From Gemmatimonadaceae bacterium (lineage in GTDB: Bacteria; Gemmatimonadota; Gemmatimonadetes; Gemmatimonadales; Gemmatimonadaceae): a stretch of 64,000 bases of DNA. The stretch lies in assembly GCA_051859245.1 (NCBI GenBank), contig JBHYGA010000001.1, positions 736,001-800,000 of the forward strand, read 5' to 3'. The translations under genes and the position numbers were made by a program. Under the pieces are notes generated by a model. It ran no database searches. It was given only the letters and a program-made list of their open reading frames with translations, and was not told the origin of the DNA. Below are positions 18,848-27,621 of the stretch, in pieces. Within the stretch, counting starts at the first letter, position 1; each line of letters starts with the position of its first letter.

Positions 18848-19303
18848 CTACGGCGCGACCACGTTCACATGCCCAACCATGCCAAGCAACGCGTGGGGGT
18901 CACACTGCACAAAGAGGCGTTTGCCCACAGCGTCGGGCACAACCACCTCATCGGTCTGACCAGGGAGCTGCAGCATCGGTCCAGCGGGCGGCAGACCACG
19001 CACACCGGAGTTGGAGTCGGCCACGAAGTGCACGTTGTGCACGCCGCTCACGAGCACGTACTTGAGCACATCACCGGGCTTGGCCGTCACCTCGGCGGGT
19101 TTGAAGTAGTTGCCGCTGTCATCCATGATCATTTCGACCGTGTGCACGGTGCCGGTTCGTGCGGGCAGGATACCGGCCGACTCCGTCAGCTCGGCGGTGT
19201 CATCGGCATCGTCGCCTTCGTCGGTGTCCGGTTTCGGCGCGTCGCCGCCGCATGCGGCGAGTAGAACCGTTGAGGCAAGTAGAAAGCAGGAGAAAGTACG
19301 CAT
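18848..19303 (-). CDS. Cupredoxin (plastocyanin/azurin family) lipoprotein
   Basis: Lipobox LAAC; type-1 Cu ligands HNV...CDPH...GM. Confidence 0.88.
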   Translation of the reverse strand: MRTFSCFLLASTVLLAACGGDAPKPDTDEGDDADDTAELTESAGILPARTGTVHTVEMIMDDSGNYFKPAEVTAKPGDVLKYVLVSGVHNVHFVADSNSGVRGLPPAGPMLQLPGQTDEVVVPDAVGKRLFVQCDPHALLGMVGHVNVVAP

Positions 19304-19356
19304 TGAAATATTCCGGGCGTTGAAGGTTGGAGCAGTGAAACAAACAAACGGTCAGT

Positions 19357-20145
19357 TCAGAAGTCTTTTCGCATGAAGCTTCGGCCCGCAGCGATCGCCG
19401 GCAACAAAATCCACAGCGCGAGAGTCGCCAGCGTGGCGATTGCGCCGCGATACCCACCGAGCACATTGGCGAGCACCGCGCCCGTGTAGCCCATCAGTGC
19501 GGCGCTGTCGAGTTGCAGCATGAGCACGGTGCGCGCGAGATCCACCGGGTTGGCGAACATGAGCGCGAGCATCGGCTTTTCGAGCGGCCAGTCTGAGTAC
19601 GCGGTCGCGACCCACACCACGAGTCCGTCGTACAGTACCGTGGCCGCGAACCAGATACCGAGCGCGAGACCAAGCGCCTTCAGGCGATCATCCTGAGCGG
19701 CGCCAATCCAGAGCGCGATGGCGGCGAAGCACATGGTGAGGGCAGTGCCTACGAGCAGGTACATGGCCAGCAACGGTGCGATTGCCGGCACAAGCTCGCG
19801 ATGCAGCAGCAACGGAATCGAGATGCCAATTGCGTAGGCGAGCACCAATGGAATGGTGAGGCCAAGATAGAGTCCACACCACAGCGCACGTCGAGGCAGT
19901 GGCTGCGCGAGCAGCAGTTCGGTGAACTCGCGTGACGTGTGCCAGTACACCACGCCGAACACGGTGATTACCAATGGTACCAGGAGCAAGACCACGTTCA
20001 ACAATCCACTGAGCGCGCGCGGTGCGCTTCCGCTGAGCTGATAGAGCGCCTCAGTGAGCACTGCCAGCAATACGGTGTACGACAGCACCCAGCGATTGCG
20101 GGAAAGCTCTGCCACCTGCGCGCGAACCACGGCGAGGATCAGCAT
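19357..20145 (-). CDS. nosY: NosY ABC transporter permease
   Basis: SREFTELLLAQPL, YDG, NPVDLAR, SAALMGYTGA, C-terminal RKDF; position in the nos cluster. Confidence 0.9.
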   Translation of the reverse strand: MLILAVVRAQVAELSRNRWVLSYTVLLAVLTEALYQLSGSAPRALSGLLNVVLLLVPLVITVFGVVYWHTSREFTELLLAQPLPRRALWCGLYLGLTIPLVLAYAIGISIPLLLHRELVPAIAPLLAMYLLVGTALTMCFAAIALWIGAAQDDRLKALGLALGIWFAATVLYDGLVVWVATAYSDWPLEKPMLALMFANPVDLARTVLMLQLDSAALMGYTGAVLANVLGGYRGAIATLATLALWILLPAIAAGRSFMRKDF

Positions 20146-20864
20146 TGCAGCATCAGTGTGCTGATGGAGCGTTCAAGCGTCAGCCCGCCCGTCGATGCAC
20201 GAAGTGCCTCGAGCGTGCCCTGAAAACGGATGCGTCCGTCGAGCAGAAACACCACATCGTCAGCGAGCTCTTCGAGTTCGCTCAGCACGTGGGACGTCAT
20301 CAGGATGGCGCGCCCGCTGTTGCGTTCGGCCATGATGCGATCCTTGAGCGCAGCGCTCGACACAGGATCAAGACCGGCGGTGGGTTCGTCGAGGATGATC
20401 ACGGATGGTGCAAAGAGCAGGGCCACCGCGGCGTTAACTCGCTGCCGCTGGCCGCCTGAGCACACACCCAGCGCGCGTGTGTAAAAGGCATCAAGTGCAA
20501 ACGCCGATACGAGGTCATCAAGCGGAACGTGACGCGCCTGCGGACGCAGTGACAAGACGAGCTTGAGCACGTCACGCGCGCAAAGGTTTTCGGGGAACCG
20601 CGGTGCCTGCGGCATGTAGCCGATGTGCGCGCGATACGCGTCCGTGCCGGTTACCGGCATGCCGTTGAGCAGCACGTGGCCCGCGTTCGGGCGTACGAGC
20701 CCAAGCAGCGTCTTGTTCAGTGTAGTTTTGCCGGACCCGTTTGGACCGAGCACGGCGGTCACACGTCCGGGCAGCAACGCCACGCTCACGTCGTGCAGTA
20801 CCGCAGTGCGACCAAACTGTTTGTATACGCCGCGTGTCTCCAGCAGCATTCCGGAAGCAGTCAC
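20139..20864 (-). CDS. nosF: NosF ABC transporter ATP-binding protein
   Basis: Walker A GPNGSGKTT; GYMPQ; SGGQRQR; ILDEPTAGLDP; lies between nosD and nosY. Confidence 0.9.
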   Translation of the reverse strand: MTASGMLLETRGVYKQFGRTAVLHDVSVALLPGRVTAVLGPNGSGKTTLNKTLLGLVRPNAGHVLLNGMPVTGTDAYRAHIGYMPQAPRFPENLCARDVLKLVLSLRPQARHVPLDDLVSAFALDAFYTRALGVCSGGQRQRVNAAVALLFAPSVIILDEPTAGLDPVSSAALKDRIMAERNSGRAILMTSHVLSELEELADDVVFLLDGRIRFQGTLEALRASTGGLTLERSISTLMLQC

Positions 20865-22183
20865 GGGGCACGCTCGTTGGTGTGGCGCAGGACGACGAGG
20901 TTTGCGCTTGGTGCGCGAACAACGGCGCGCATGCGGGGCGCCTGGTCCAGCAGCGTTGCGGGCGTGAGTGTGGGCGCGATGCGTTCCAGCAGGTCGAGGG
21001 CGTCGGCGATCGCGCTGCGCACCAGCAGCAGCGCCGCTGGCGCCCGCTCCACCACCAGCGCAAAGAGCCGGACTGGTGCGTGCGGTACGTCTCCTACCCC
21101 ATCTCGATTGAGATCGTACCCACGATAGCGGTCCCAGTAGTTGCCGCGTACGGTGCTGAAGTGCGACTGACTATTGGTGCTCAGATCAAAGACATTGCGG
21201 AAGAAACTGTTGTCACGGATCTGGTTCTCTTGCGCATCCGCAAGCAATCGCATCGCCCAACCATTGGCTTCAAACCGATTGCCTGCGACCACATTTCTGT
21301 TCGCGCCTTCCAGGTGTACGGCGATCGTATTGTTGAGAAAGTCATTGCCAACAATCTGACTATCGTTGATTTCCTTGAGCAGCAAGCCGTACGACGCACT
21401 GTTGCGCGCGTCACTGAACAGGTTGTCGGCGATACGCACGTGTTTGGCATACATCACGGCGACACCAGATCGATTGCCCACGAAACGATTGGATTCATAG
21501 GCGCAGCTGTCGGAGAACATGAAGTGCAGGCCATACCGAAGGCTCTGCGTAACGTTATTACGACGCGCCGTTGCGAGCCGCGTGAACTCGAAGTAGATGC
21601 CGTCACGATGACCGGTAATGGTATTGCGCTCGACCTGCACGTTACGGCTCGACCAGACGTGTACGCCGTTGCCCGTGGTGCTCTGCGAGCCGGCGAGCCC
21701 CTGCATGGTGTTGTCTCGCACCACACATCCGTCTACGCGCTGCAAGTGCAGCGCGAAGAACGTTGACATGAACTGATTGCGCTCGACTACACAGTCGCTC
21801 GACTCGAAGATGCGTACTGCGGCACGGTCTTCGGTATGACTGGTTCCGGTATTGCGAAACGTGAGACCGCGGAGCTCAACCGAATCGCTGTTGATGATCA
21901 CCAGTCCGTACGTACCCTGGCCATCCAGAACAGCGCCCGGCATGCCCGAAATGCGAACCGGCCGTACGATGATGAGCGTGCTTTCGGCGTATACACCGGG
22001 GTGTACGATCACGCGCCCGTATCGCGACACGCGTAGTAGCGCGTCTGCAATCGTGACCGCCGAGGGCAACGGGGCTCCGGCGCCAACGTGTACCAACGTA
22101 TCACTGGTTTGCGCGGCGAGCGGATTCTGCGACGAGAACAGCAGCGCAGTCGTCAACACAAGCCAGCGTCGGCTGTGGCGCAT
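20861..22183 (-). CDS. nosD: NosD periplasmic copper-binding maturation protein
   Basis: Signal peptide; beta-helix repeats; GNGVHVW, HRDGIYFEF, RYGLHFMFS, GNYWDRYRGYDLNRDGVGDVP. Confidence 0.95.
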   Translation of the reverse strand: MRHSRRWLVLTTALLFSSQNPLAAQTSDTLVHVGAGAPLPSAVTIADALLRVSRYGRVIVHPGVYAESTLIIVRPVRISGMPGAVLDGQGTYGLVIINSDSVELRGLTFRNTGTSHTEDRAAVRIFESSDCVVERNQFMSTFFALHLQRVDGCVVRDNTMQGLAGSQSTTGNGVHVWSSRNVQVERNTITGHRDGIYFEFTRLATARRNNVTQSLRYGLHFMFSDSCAYESNRFVGNRSGVAVMYAKHVRIADNLFSDARNSASYGLLLKEINDSQIVGNDFLNNTIAVHLEGANRNVVAGNRFEANGWAMRLLADAQENQIRDNSFFRNVFDLSTNSQSHFSTVRGNYWDRYRGYDLNRDGVGDVPHAPVRLFALVVERAPAALLLVRSAIADALDLLERIAPTLTPATLLDQAPRMRAVVRAPSANLVVLRHTNERAP

Positions 22184-22186
22184 GGT

Positions 22187-22705
22187 CTAGCGCCCGTCGG
22201 GGCTCCACGCCGAAGCGGGAGCGTGTGCGTGGGCGTGCGAGATGCGCTGCGATGTCGTATCCGCGGCGAGCCGCTTACGCAGCGCAAGCCAGGTGGTGAC
22301 CTCTCCACCGTAGGAAGCCACGAGTGCTTCGGGGTTCGCACTTGGTCCGAAGGAGACAATGCGTCGACCCATCGGGCTCTCGATGCGGCCGTCCATAAGG
22401 TAAACGGCGTCTTCCGCGGCGATCAGGCCATCGGTGTTCGCAAAGTCTGTCACGTAGCCGCCTGTGGATGGCGTTGCGGCTGGAAGTGAAGCGACGAACG
22501 CAACCAGGCACTCGACGGAGTCAAACGTATGAATCACGCCTTTCGCCGTGATAAACTGTGCGCCAAACCGCACATCACTGATGCTCATCCGGCAGTATGC
22601 ACAGCTGTCCTCGCCAGCCACGAGCGCACGTGGCGCTGGCGACGCGCAAGCGCCGACCGTGGAGAGCGCGAGGAGTAGAATGGACATGCGCGTGGTCTGA
22701 TTCAC
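22187..22705 (-). CDS. nosL: NosL copper chaperone lipoprotein
   Basis: GTG 22705 overlaps the nosB stop; lipobox VGAC; CAYCRMSI, FDSVECL, SPMG. Confidence 0.9.
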   Translation of the reverse strand: MNQTTRMSILLLALSTVGACASPAPRALVAGEDSCAYCRMSISDVRFGAQFITAKGVIHTFDSVECLVAFVASLPAATPSTGGYVTDFANTDGLIAAEDAVYLMDGRIESPMGRRIVSFGPSANPEALVASYGGEVTTWLALRKRLAADTTSQRISHAHAHAPASAWSPDGR

Positions 22706-23331
22706 GGCAACGCCTCCTGCGAGTGTACCGGGGTTGCTGCCGCCAACGGCCGGGTCCGCGCGTCGTGCAAGAGAATAAGAAACGCAAACCCGAGAGATGC
22801 GAACGCAGCGAAGCCACCAACGTCGGGCCACGAAGTCGCCGTGAAGTTGAGCAGCTGCTTGCTGCCAATGAGCGGCGGCTGATACGACATGCCCGGAATC
22901 TTGATGGGGGCGTTCTCCCAATCGAGATTATGTCCATAGTCGTACTGCCACATCCAGAAGTCGGCGAGGCCGGCGAGTGCACCCACGAAAAACATCAGTG
23001 TCCACAACCGCGCGACACGCCGGTTCCCGAACGCCGCTGCACCGAGACCAGTGAGCAGCAGCGCGCCGAGAGCCCACGGCATGATGCGAAGTTCCGGAAT
23101 CGTGTCCGGCACGATGCGTTTCATGCCGATGTAGTGATTCAGGCCGTTGATGTTGTCGAGGTGATGCGGTTCAACACCTTTCACCGTGTTGATAGTGATC
23201 AACATGCCGAGCCCTTCAGGGTACTGCGGCGCAACCAGCGATATGCGCCAAAGCGGGAACAGAAATGTGCCGATCAGCAGCATCGCTGAGACCGCAAGCC
23301 AGATGCGGTGCGGGGGTCGAAGCATGATCAT
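22702..23331 (-). CDS. nosB: NosB membrane protein (clade II nos marker)
   Basis: PLWRISLVAPQYPEGL, INGLNHYIGM, YDYGHNLD..API...YQPPLIGSKQLLNF; four TM segments; directly downstream of nosZ. Confidence 0.88.
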   Translation of the reverse strand: MIMLRPPHRIWLAVSAMLLIGTFLFPLWRISLVAPQYPEGLGMLITINTVKGVEPHHLDNINGLNHYIGMKRIVPDTIPELRIMPWALGALLLTGLGAAAFGNRRVARLWTLMFFVGALAGLADFWMWQYDYGHNLDWENAPIKIPGMSYQPPLIGSKQLLNFTATSWPDVGGFAAFASLGFAFLILLHDARTRPLAAATPVHSQEALP

Positions 23332-23363
23332 CTCGAAATCGGGGAGTGCCGTTGGCTGGTGCG

Positions 23364-23392
23364 GACGGCGAATGCGGGATGCATCCGCCGTC
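23364..23392. other. Intergenic GC hairpin between nosZ and nosB
   Basis: GACGGCG...CGCCGTC with inner ATGC/GCAT pairing; no U-tract. Confidence 0.45.
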
Positions 23393-23403
23393 AGCCCAAG
23401 CCG

Positions 23404-25545
23404 TTAGCGAGGCTTCGGAACAGCCGGTGCCGTTGCGCGATGCGCCGCGTGTGGATCGCTCGGTTGCACGCGCTGGCTATCCGTCCTGGTGCTCAGCGGT
23501 GACCGCAGCTGATTCAGCGCCATGCGCTCCGCGGCATTGCCTTCGTTCGCCGCCATACGCGCCGCCTGTTGTGCACGGCGCGTTGTCGTTGCGCTCAGCG
23601 CCACTGTGGAGCCGGACGGTCCAACGCGGACATAACCTTGCATTTCCTGGTGCAGCGCTGAGCAGAAGTCAGTGCAGTACATCGGGTACACACCGGCCGT
23701 TTTGGGAATCCACTTCAGCGTGCGCGTTTCGCCGGGCATGACAAGCAACTCGGCGTTGGTCGCGCCCATGATGGCGAAACCGTGCGGCACATCCCAATCC
23801 TGCTCAATGTTTGTGACGTGGAAGAGCACCGTGTCGCCGGCCTGAATGCCTTCGATGTTGTCGGGCGAGAAGCTGGACCGTACCGCGGACATGCGCACGT
23901 GCACGATCTTTCCCTTGCGCTCGACACCACTCTCGCGAGCAGAGCGTGCAACTTTCGAGTGCGTATTCTCTGCCAGCGAATAGAACTTCTTCTGCTTGTC
24001 CTTGATCAGCGCGGCGGGCAAAGCGCTGGCGTAGTGTGGCTCGCCGATCGTGGGGAAGTCGAGCAACAGTTTCATGCGATCACCGCTGATGTCATACAAC
24101 TGCGCCGAGTGCGCGAGTTCCGGACCCGTGGGCAGAAAGCGGTCTTTGGTGATCTTGTTCATGGCCAGCGCGTACTTGCCGAATGGTTTCTTGGTGTCGC
24201 CGCCAGGAATCATGAGATGGCCCACCGAGTAGTACGTGGGAATGCGATCCACGACTTCCCAGGTGCCGAGTTTCCACTTCACCACTTCTGACGAAATGAA
24301 GATGGACGTGTAGGCGTAACCCTTGCCGTCGAACTCTGTGTGCAACGGTCCGAGGCCGGGATCCTGCACTTCGCCGGCGATAGTCGCGGCGTATTTGAGA
24401 ATCGGTGCGCCATACGCGTCGCCGTCAAACGCCTTGTCCTTGATGGCCTGCAGCATGCGCGAGAACGAATGCACAGGAATTACCGTGGCGAGCTTGCCGC
24501 CGGCCACGATGTATTCGCCGGTCGGATCAACATCGGCGCCGTGTGGCGATTTCGGCGTAGGCAGGTAGTACAGCGAGCCTGGGCAGTCTGATGGCTCCAA
24601 CACTTTCACACCGCGCTTGACGGTGGCCTTGCCTTCACGCGAGAACTCGTCCATCACGTTGTGATTGTACGCAGCGTCCATGGTGCGGAACGTGCCGTTG
24701 GCAACACACTGCTCAAGCACTTTCCAGTTCACTGCGGCAACAAAATCCTTGTCGTTCTTGGAGGCGTTGATCTCGAGTTTTTCAAACGCTTCTTCGGTGT
24801 TGTATGACGTAAAGAACACCCAGTCTTCCGACGGGCCTTTGCCGGCGCGCGCCAGATCGTAGTTGAAGCCCGGCACCAGCAGCTGAAATGCAATGTCCAT
24901 CTGGCCGGGCTTGTCGGCACGAATAAAGCTGACCGTGCCCTTGAAGTTCGTTTTGTAGCTCGAGATCGGTACGTCTGCCTGCGGAATCGGTACGCTGAAC
25001 CGCGTGGCTGCGAGTACGTACTCGGAGTTGCCGGTAATGAACGGCGACGCGTGATTGCCGGCCGAGTTCGGAATCTGCAGAATCTCGGTGGTTTCCATGT
25101 GCGTGAGATCAATCCGCGCCACACGAGGCGTGTTGTTGCCGTTCACAAACAACCAGCGGCCGTCTGTTTCGCCGTTGGTCTGCGAAAGCGACGTGTGATG
25201 CAGATCATCCCACGGCACAAAACCAAACGTGGTTTCCAGCATCGGTTTGGTTTCTTCGTTGTATCCGTAGCCATTCTCCGGATGCTGCGAGAACACCGGG
25301 ATGATTTTGAGCGTGCGTCCTGACGGCAGGCCAACCACAGACAACTGTCCGTTGAAGCCACCAGAGAGGAACGCGTAAAACTCGTCGTGACTGCCTGGCG
25401 CCACGTAGACCTGAGAGGCGACGTCGCCGACGGCGCCAATGGTGCCACCAGCGCGAGTGGCGGGGCCACAGCCGTAGGCGTAGAGTGCGACCGCGGCGAG
25501 GCTCGTTGATGCGACAGCCCATCCGGTCGAGCGGGAACGAGTCAT
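23404..25545 (-). CDS. nosZ: Clade II (Sec-dependent) nitrous-oxide reductase
   Basis: ATG 25545; CuZ motifs DLHH, GNHAS, PKSPHG, GPLH, VGH, EPH; CuA motif HGF...CTDFCSALHQEM; no twin-arginine motif; lipobox-like AYGC. Confidence 0.97.
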   Translation of the reverse strand: MTRSRSTGWAVASTSLAAVALYAYGCGPATRAGGTIGAVGDVASQVYVAPGSHDEFYAFLSGGFNGQLSVVGLPSGRTLKIIPVFSQHPENGYGYNEETKPMLETTFGFVPWDDLHHTSLSQTNGETDGRWLFVNGNNTPRVARIDLTHMETTEILQIPNSAGNHASPFITGNSEYVLAATRFSVPIPQADVPISSYKTNFKGTVSFIRADKPGQMDIAFQLLVPGFNYDLARAGKGPSEDWVFFTSYNTEEAFEKLEINASKNDKDFVAAVNWKVLEQCVANGTFRTMDAAYNHNVMDEFSREGKATVKRGVKVLEPSDCPGSLYYLPTPKSPHGADVDPTGEYIVAGGKLATVIPVHSFSRMLQAIKDKAFDGDAYGAPILKYAATIAGEVQDPGLGPLHTEFDGKGYAYTSIFISSEVVKWKLGTWEVVDRIPTYYSVGHLMIPGGDTKKPFGKYALAMNKITKDRFLPTGPELAHSAQLYDISGDRMKLLLDFPTIGEPHYASALPAALIKDKQKKFYSLAENTHSKVARSARESGVERKGKIVHVRMSAVRSSFSPDNIEGIQAGDTVLFHVTNIEQDWDVPHGFAIMGATNAELLVMPGETRTLKWIPKTAGVYPMYCTDFCSALHQEMQGYVRVGPSGSTVALSATTTRRAQQAARMAANEGNAAERMALNQLRSPLSTRTDSQRVQPSDPHAAHRATAPAVPKPR

Positions 25546-25614
25546 GGGAGTGTCTCGTGAAACGTGAAGTGTGCCAGCATGATCAGACGGACTGTCGATC
25601 ATCGCTGTGAAAAG

Positions 25615-25640
25615 AATGTCGTACCTTAGGTACCAGTTTA
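25615..25640. promoter_or_regulatory. Palindrome upstream of nosZ, candidate Rrf2/NsrR operator
   Basis: GTACCT-T-AGGTAC at 25621-25633, flanked by AT-rich sequence. Confidence 0.45.
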
Positions 25641-25681
25641 AAGTCAGCAGAGTCCGTGCATTGCTGTCGGGGAATCCCCTG

Positions 25682-26137
25682 CTACTGATCGTTGAGCGTG
25701 TCGCTGACGAGGGCAGCCTTTTGCAGTGTCGCCAGCAAATGCAGGAGATCGACGCCCTGCGCTCGTGCGGCGAAGGCCAGCGTGTGCGCGCCACCGCAGC
25801 AGGAATCAAGGCCAAAGGTGGCAAACACCGCTGCGGTCGCGGCGTGCCGACTACGAACACCGGCAACGGTGTGTTCGTCGGAAATGTCAACGCGAGTAAA
25901 CCGCGTATGCCACGCCTGCGTGCCTGCATCAAGCAGGGCGGGGCGCACACGAAACCCGCGCTGGTGCAGTGCATCGTAGAGCGGGCGCGGGTCGAATGGT
26001 GCGATCACCTCGAGGGTGTCTGCGTCCCCGAGTGATTCGGCCAGTTGGAGAATGTCACTCAGCGGTTCGTCTCCTGCGGCGAGGGCTGGTCGCGCATCAA
26101 AGCAGACGGTACGCGGTGCTGTCAGTATCGATTTCAT
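25682..26137 (-). CDS. DUF2249 + ScdA_N (DUF542) fusion protein
   Basis: ATG 26137 overlaps the upstream TGA; 'FDARP...GDEPL..IL...APFDPRPLY..L..RGF' and 'AAVFATFGLDSCCGG..TL'. Confidence 0.78.
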   Translation of the reverse strand: MKSILTAPRTVCFDARPALAAGDEPLSDILQLAESLGDADTLEVIAPFDPRPLYDALHQRGFRVRPALLDAGTQAWHTRFTRVDISDEHTVAGVRSRHAATAAVFATFGLDSCCGGAHTLAFAARAQGVDLLHLLATLQKAALVSDTLNDQ

Positions 26138-27483
26138 TGTGGACTCGTAGCGAGGGAGAGTGAGGGACGCGCCGGTGCGGAAATCACGGCGCGCGGTGAC
26201 GCAAACATGGCGAGCGCATGGTGCAGGGACATGCAAAGAGTGGCAGCCACATAGACCTTCGCGGCGAAGCGCGCGCCAGCCGAGCTTCCCACTGCAATCG
26301 CCATTGAGAGTGAGACGAGCGCGAGGGCATACAGCACCACGCTTGCCCAGGCGAGTGCTGGTCGCGAGAACTGTTGCACGCGCACCGGCGCGCCGGTCGC
26401 TGGTTGCGTGCCAGGGCCGGCGCGCACCGTCCAGCTCAGGAAGACGAACACGCGAAACAGCACACCCACGATGAGCAGGGATAACCAGCCTGCGAGATAC
26501 AACACGCCCCACACCGCAATCGCCCGTTGCACGAGCATGTCGGTGGGTGACAACCGATTCGCGAATGAGGCCGCAGCGAGCGCGAGTTGCAGCGCCGTGG
26601 CGACGGCCAGCGCCATAAACGACATCGCGACCGTGGTGAGCGCGGGATCCCACGCGATTTTCGGTCGGTGCCGGAACCAGCGCGCGGCTCGCCACAGCAT
26701 CAGCAGTTGCCCACACGCGATGATCATGACCGCCGCGGGCCGAAGATACGACAGCGCCGGAAGCACCGCCGGTAGCAGCAGCGCCGCACCACCGAACAGC
26801 AGCAGAGGAATGGCCAACGCGGAGAACGACTGCTCTTCGCGCACGCCAAGAAACATCGGAATCACATGCGATCCAACGGCCCACGCGACCAGTGTGCCAA
26901 AGCCGCTCAAACCAAACGCAACGTGCGCGAGGCGCAGCCCGTCGAGATCCGGCGTGTAGCCGCGCCATCCCCACACCAGTCGCATCGCCGCGAGCACCAG
27001 CACGCCGGCGAGTGAGACAAAGCCGAGTGTGACCAGCCGCATGCGCAGGCGTGTGCTGGACGGCGCGCGCCAGGGTCCGAGTTGCACGATGGCCGACGCC
27101 GCGGTGACCAGCGTCAAGACCGCCCAACCGTGCGCGGCGTCATGCAGGCGTCCAGCGCTCACACCCCAGACCACAGTGATCACGCCAAGTGCGTGCGCGG
27201 GCAGCAACCAGCGCCACAGGCGGGACGAGCGTGGCGCGACCTGCAGCGCCACCGGCCCGAGCTGATACAGTGTGCCCACAATGAGTGTCAGCAACCAGCC
27301 AAGTGTGAATGCATGCACCGCCCCGACAACCGCCGGTGCGCCCCACTCGCCTCGGGAAAGCGCCGGCGCGGCCCGCGTGAGCAGCACGCTTCCGGCCACG
27401 AGGAAGGCCATGCCCACACCACCGTAGGCCAGCGGAATCGCATGGTGCTGCACGACCGCGACCGAATGCACGCGGAGACTCAT
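26134..27483 (-). CDS. Polytopic (about 12 TM) His-containing membrane protein, NnrS/heme-copper-oxidase-like
   Basis: ATG 27483 with GGAG RBS; HAFTLGW, GTLYQLGPV, AHVAFGLSGF, HVIPMF; many TM segments. Confidence 0.7.
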   Translation of the reverse strand: MSLRVHSVAVVQHHAIPLAYGGVGMAFLVAGSVLLTRAAPALSRGEWGAPAVVGAVHAFTLGWLLTLIVGTLYQLGPVALQVAPRSSRLWRWLLPAHALGVITVVWGVSAGRLHDAAHGWAVLTLVTAASAIVQLGPWRAPSSTRLRMRLVTLGFVSLAGVLVLAAMRLVWGWRGYTPDLDGLRLAHVAFGLSGFGTLVAWAVGSHVIPMFLGVREEQSFSALAIPLLLFGGAALLLPAVLPALSYLRPAAVMIIACGQLLMLWRAARWFRHRPKIAWDPALTTVAMSFMALAVATALQLALAAASFANRLSPTDMLVQRAIAVWGVLYLAGWLSLLIVGVLFRVFVFLSWTVRAGPGTQPATGAPVRVQQFSRPALAWASVVLYALALVSLSMAIAVGSSAGARFAAKVYVAATLCMSLHHALAMFASPRAVISAPARPSLSLATSPQ

Positions 27484-27497
27484 GACGGCCAATCTCC

Positions 27498-27523
27498 AAA
27501 AAGGTATTTTACATACAGGTATT
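27498..27523. promoter_or_regulatory. NsrR-like operator
   Basis: AAAAAGGTAT-TTTAC-ATACAGGTATT has the GTAT-N5-ATAC core found in NsrR boxes; lies between the divergent Rrf2 gene and the membrane protein gene. Confidence 0.6.
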
Positions 27524-27621
27524 GTGAATAAGGGGGAAACGTCGCCAATTTGCAAGTAACGCAGATGCGCCGACGCAGATGCCACGCACGGTGACGGTCA
27601 CCGGATTCTTCTCATTGTCCA

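Noticed and set aside
25546..25974. 856-aa NosZ with a long N-terminal extension in the ORF track
   Set aside because: The extension overlaps the DUF2249 gene in another frame; ATG 25545 gives a proper signal peptide.
26138..27127. 481-aa ORF overlapping the membrane protein gene
   Set aside because: Only the last 151 aa (from ATG 26137) look like protein; the rest is an alternate-frame artefact of high GC.
26134..27483. Membrane protein as a true NO reductase or cytochrome oxidase subunit I
   Set aside because: Lacks the HPxVY/E and HH copper/iron ligand motifs.
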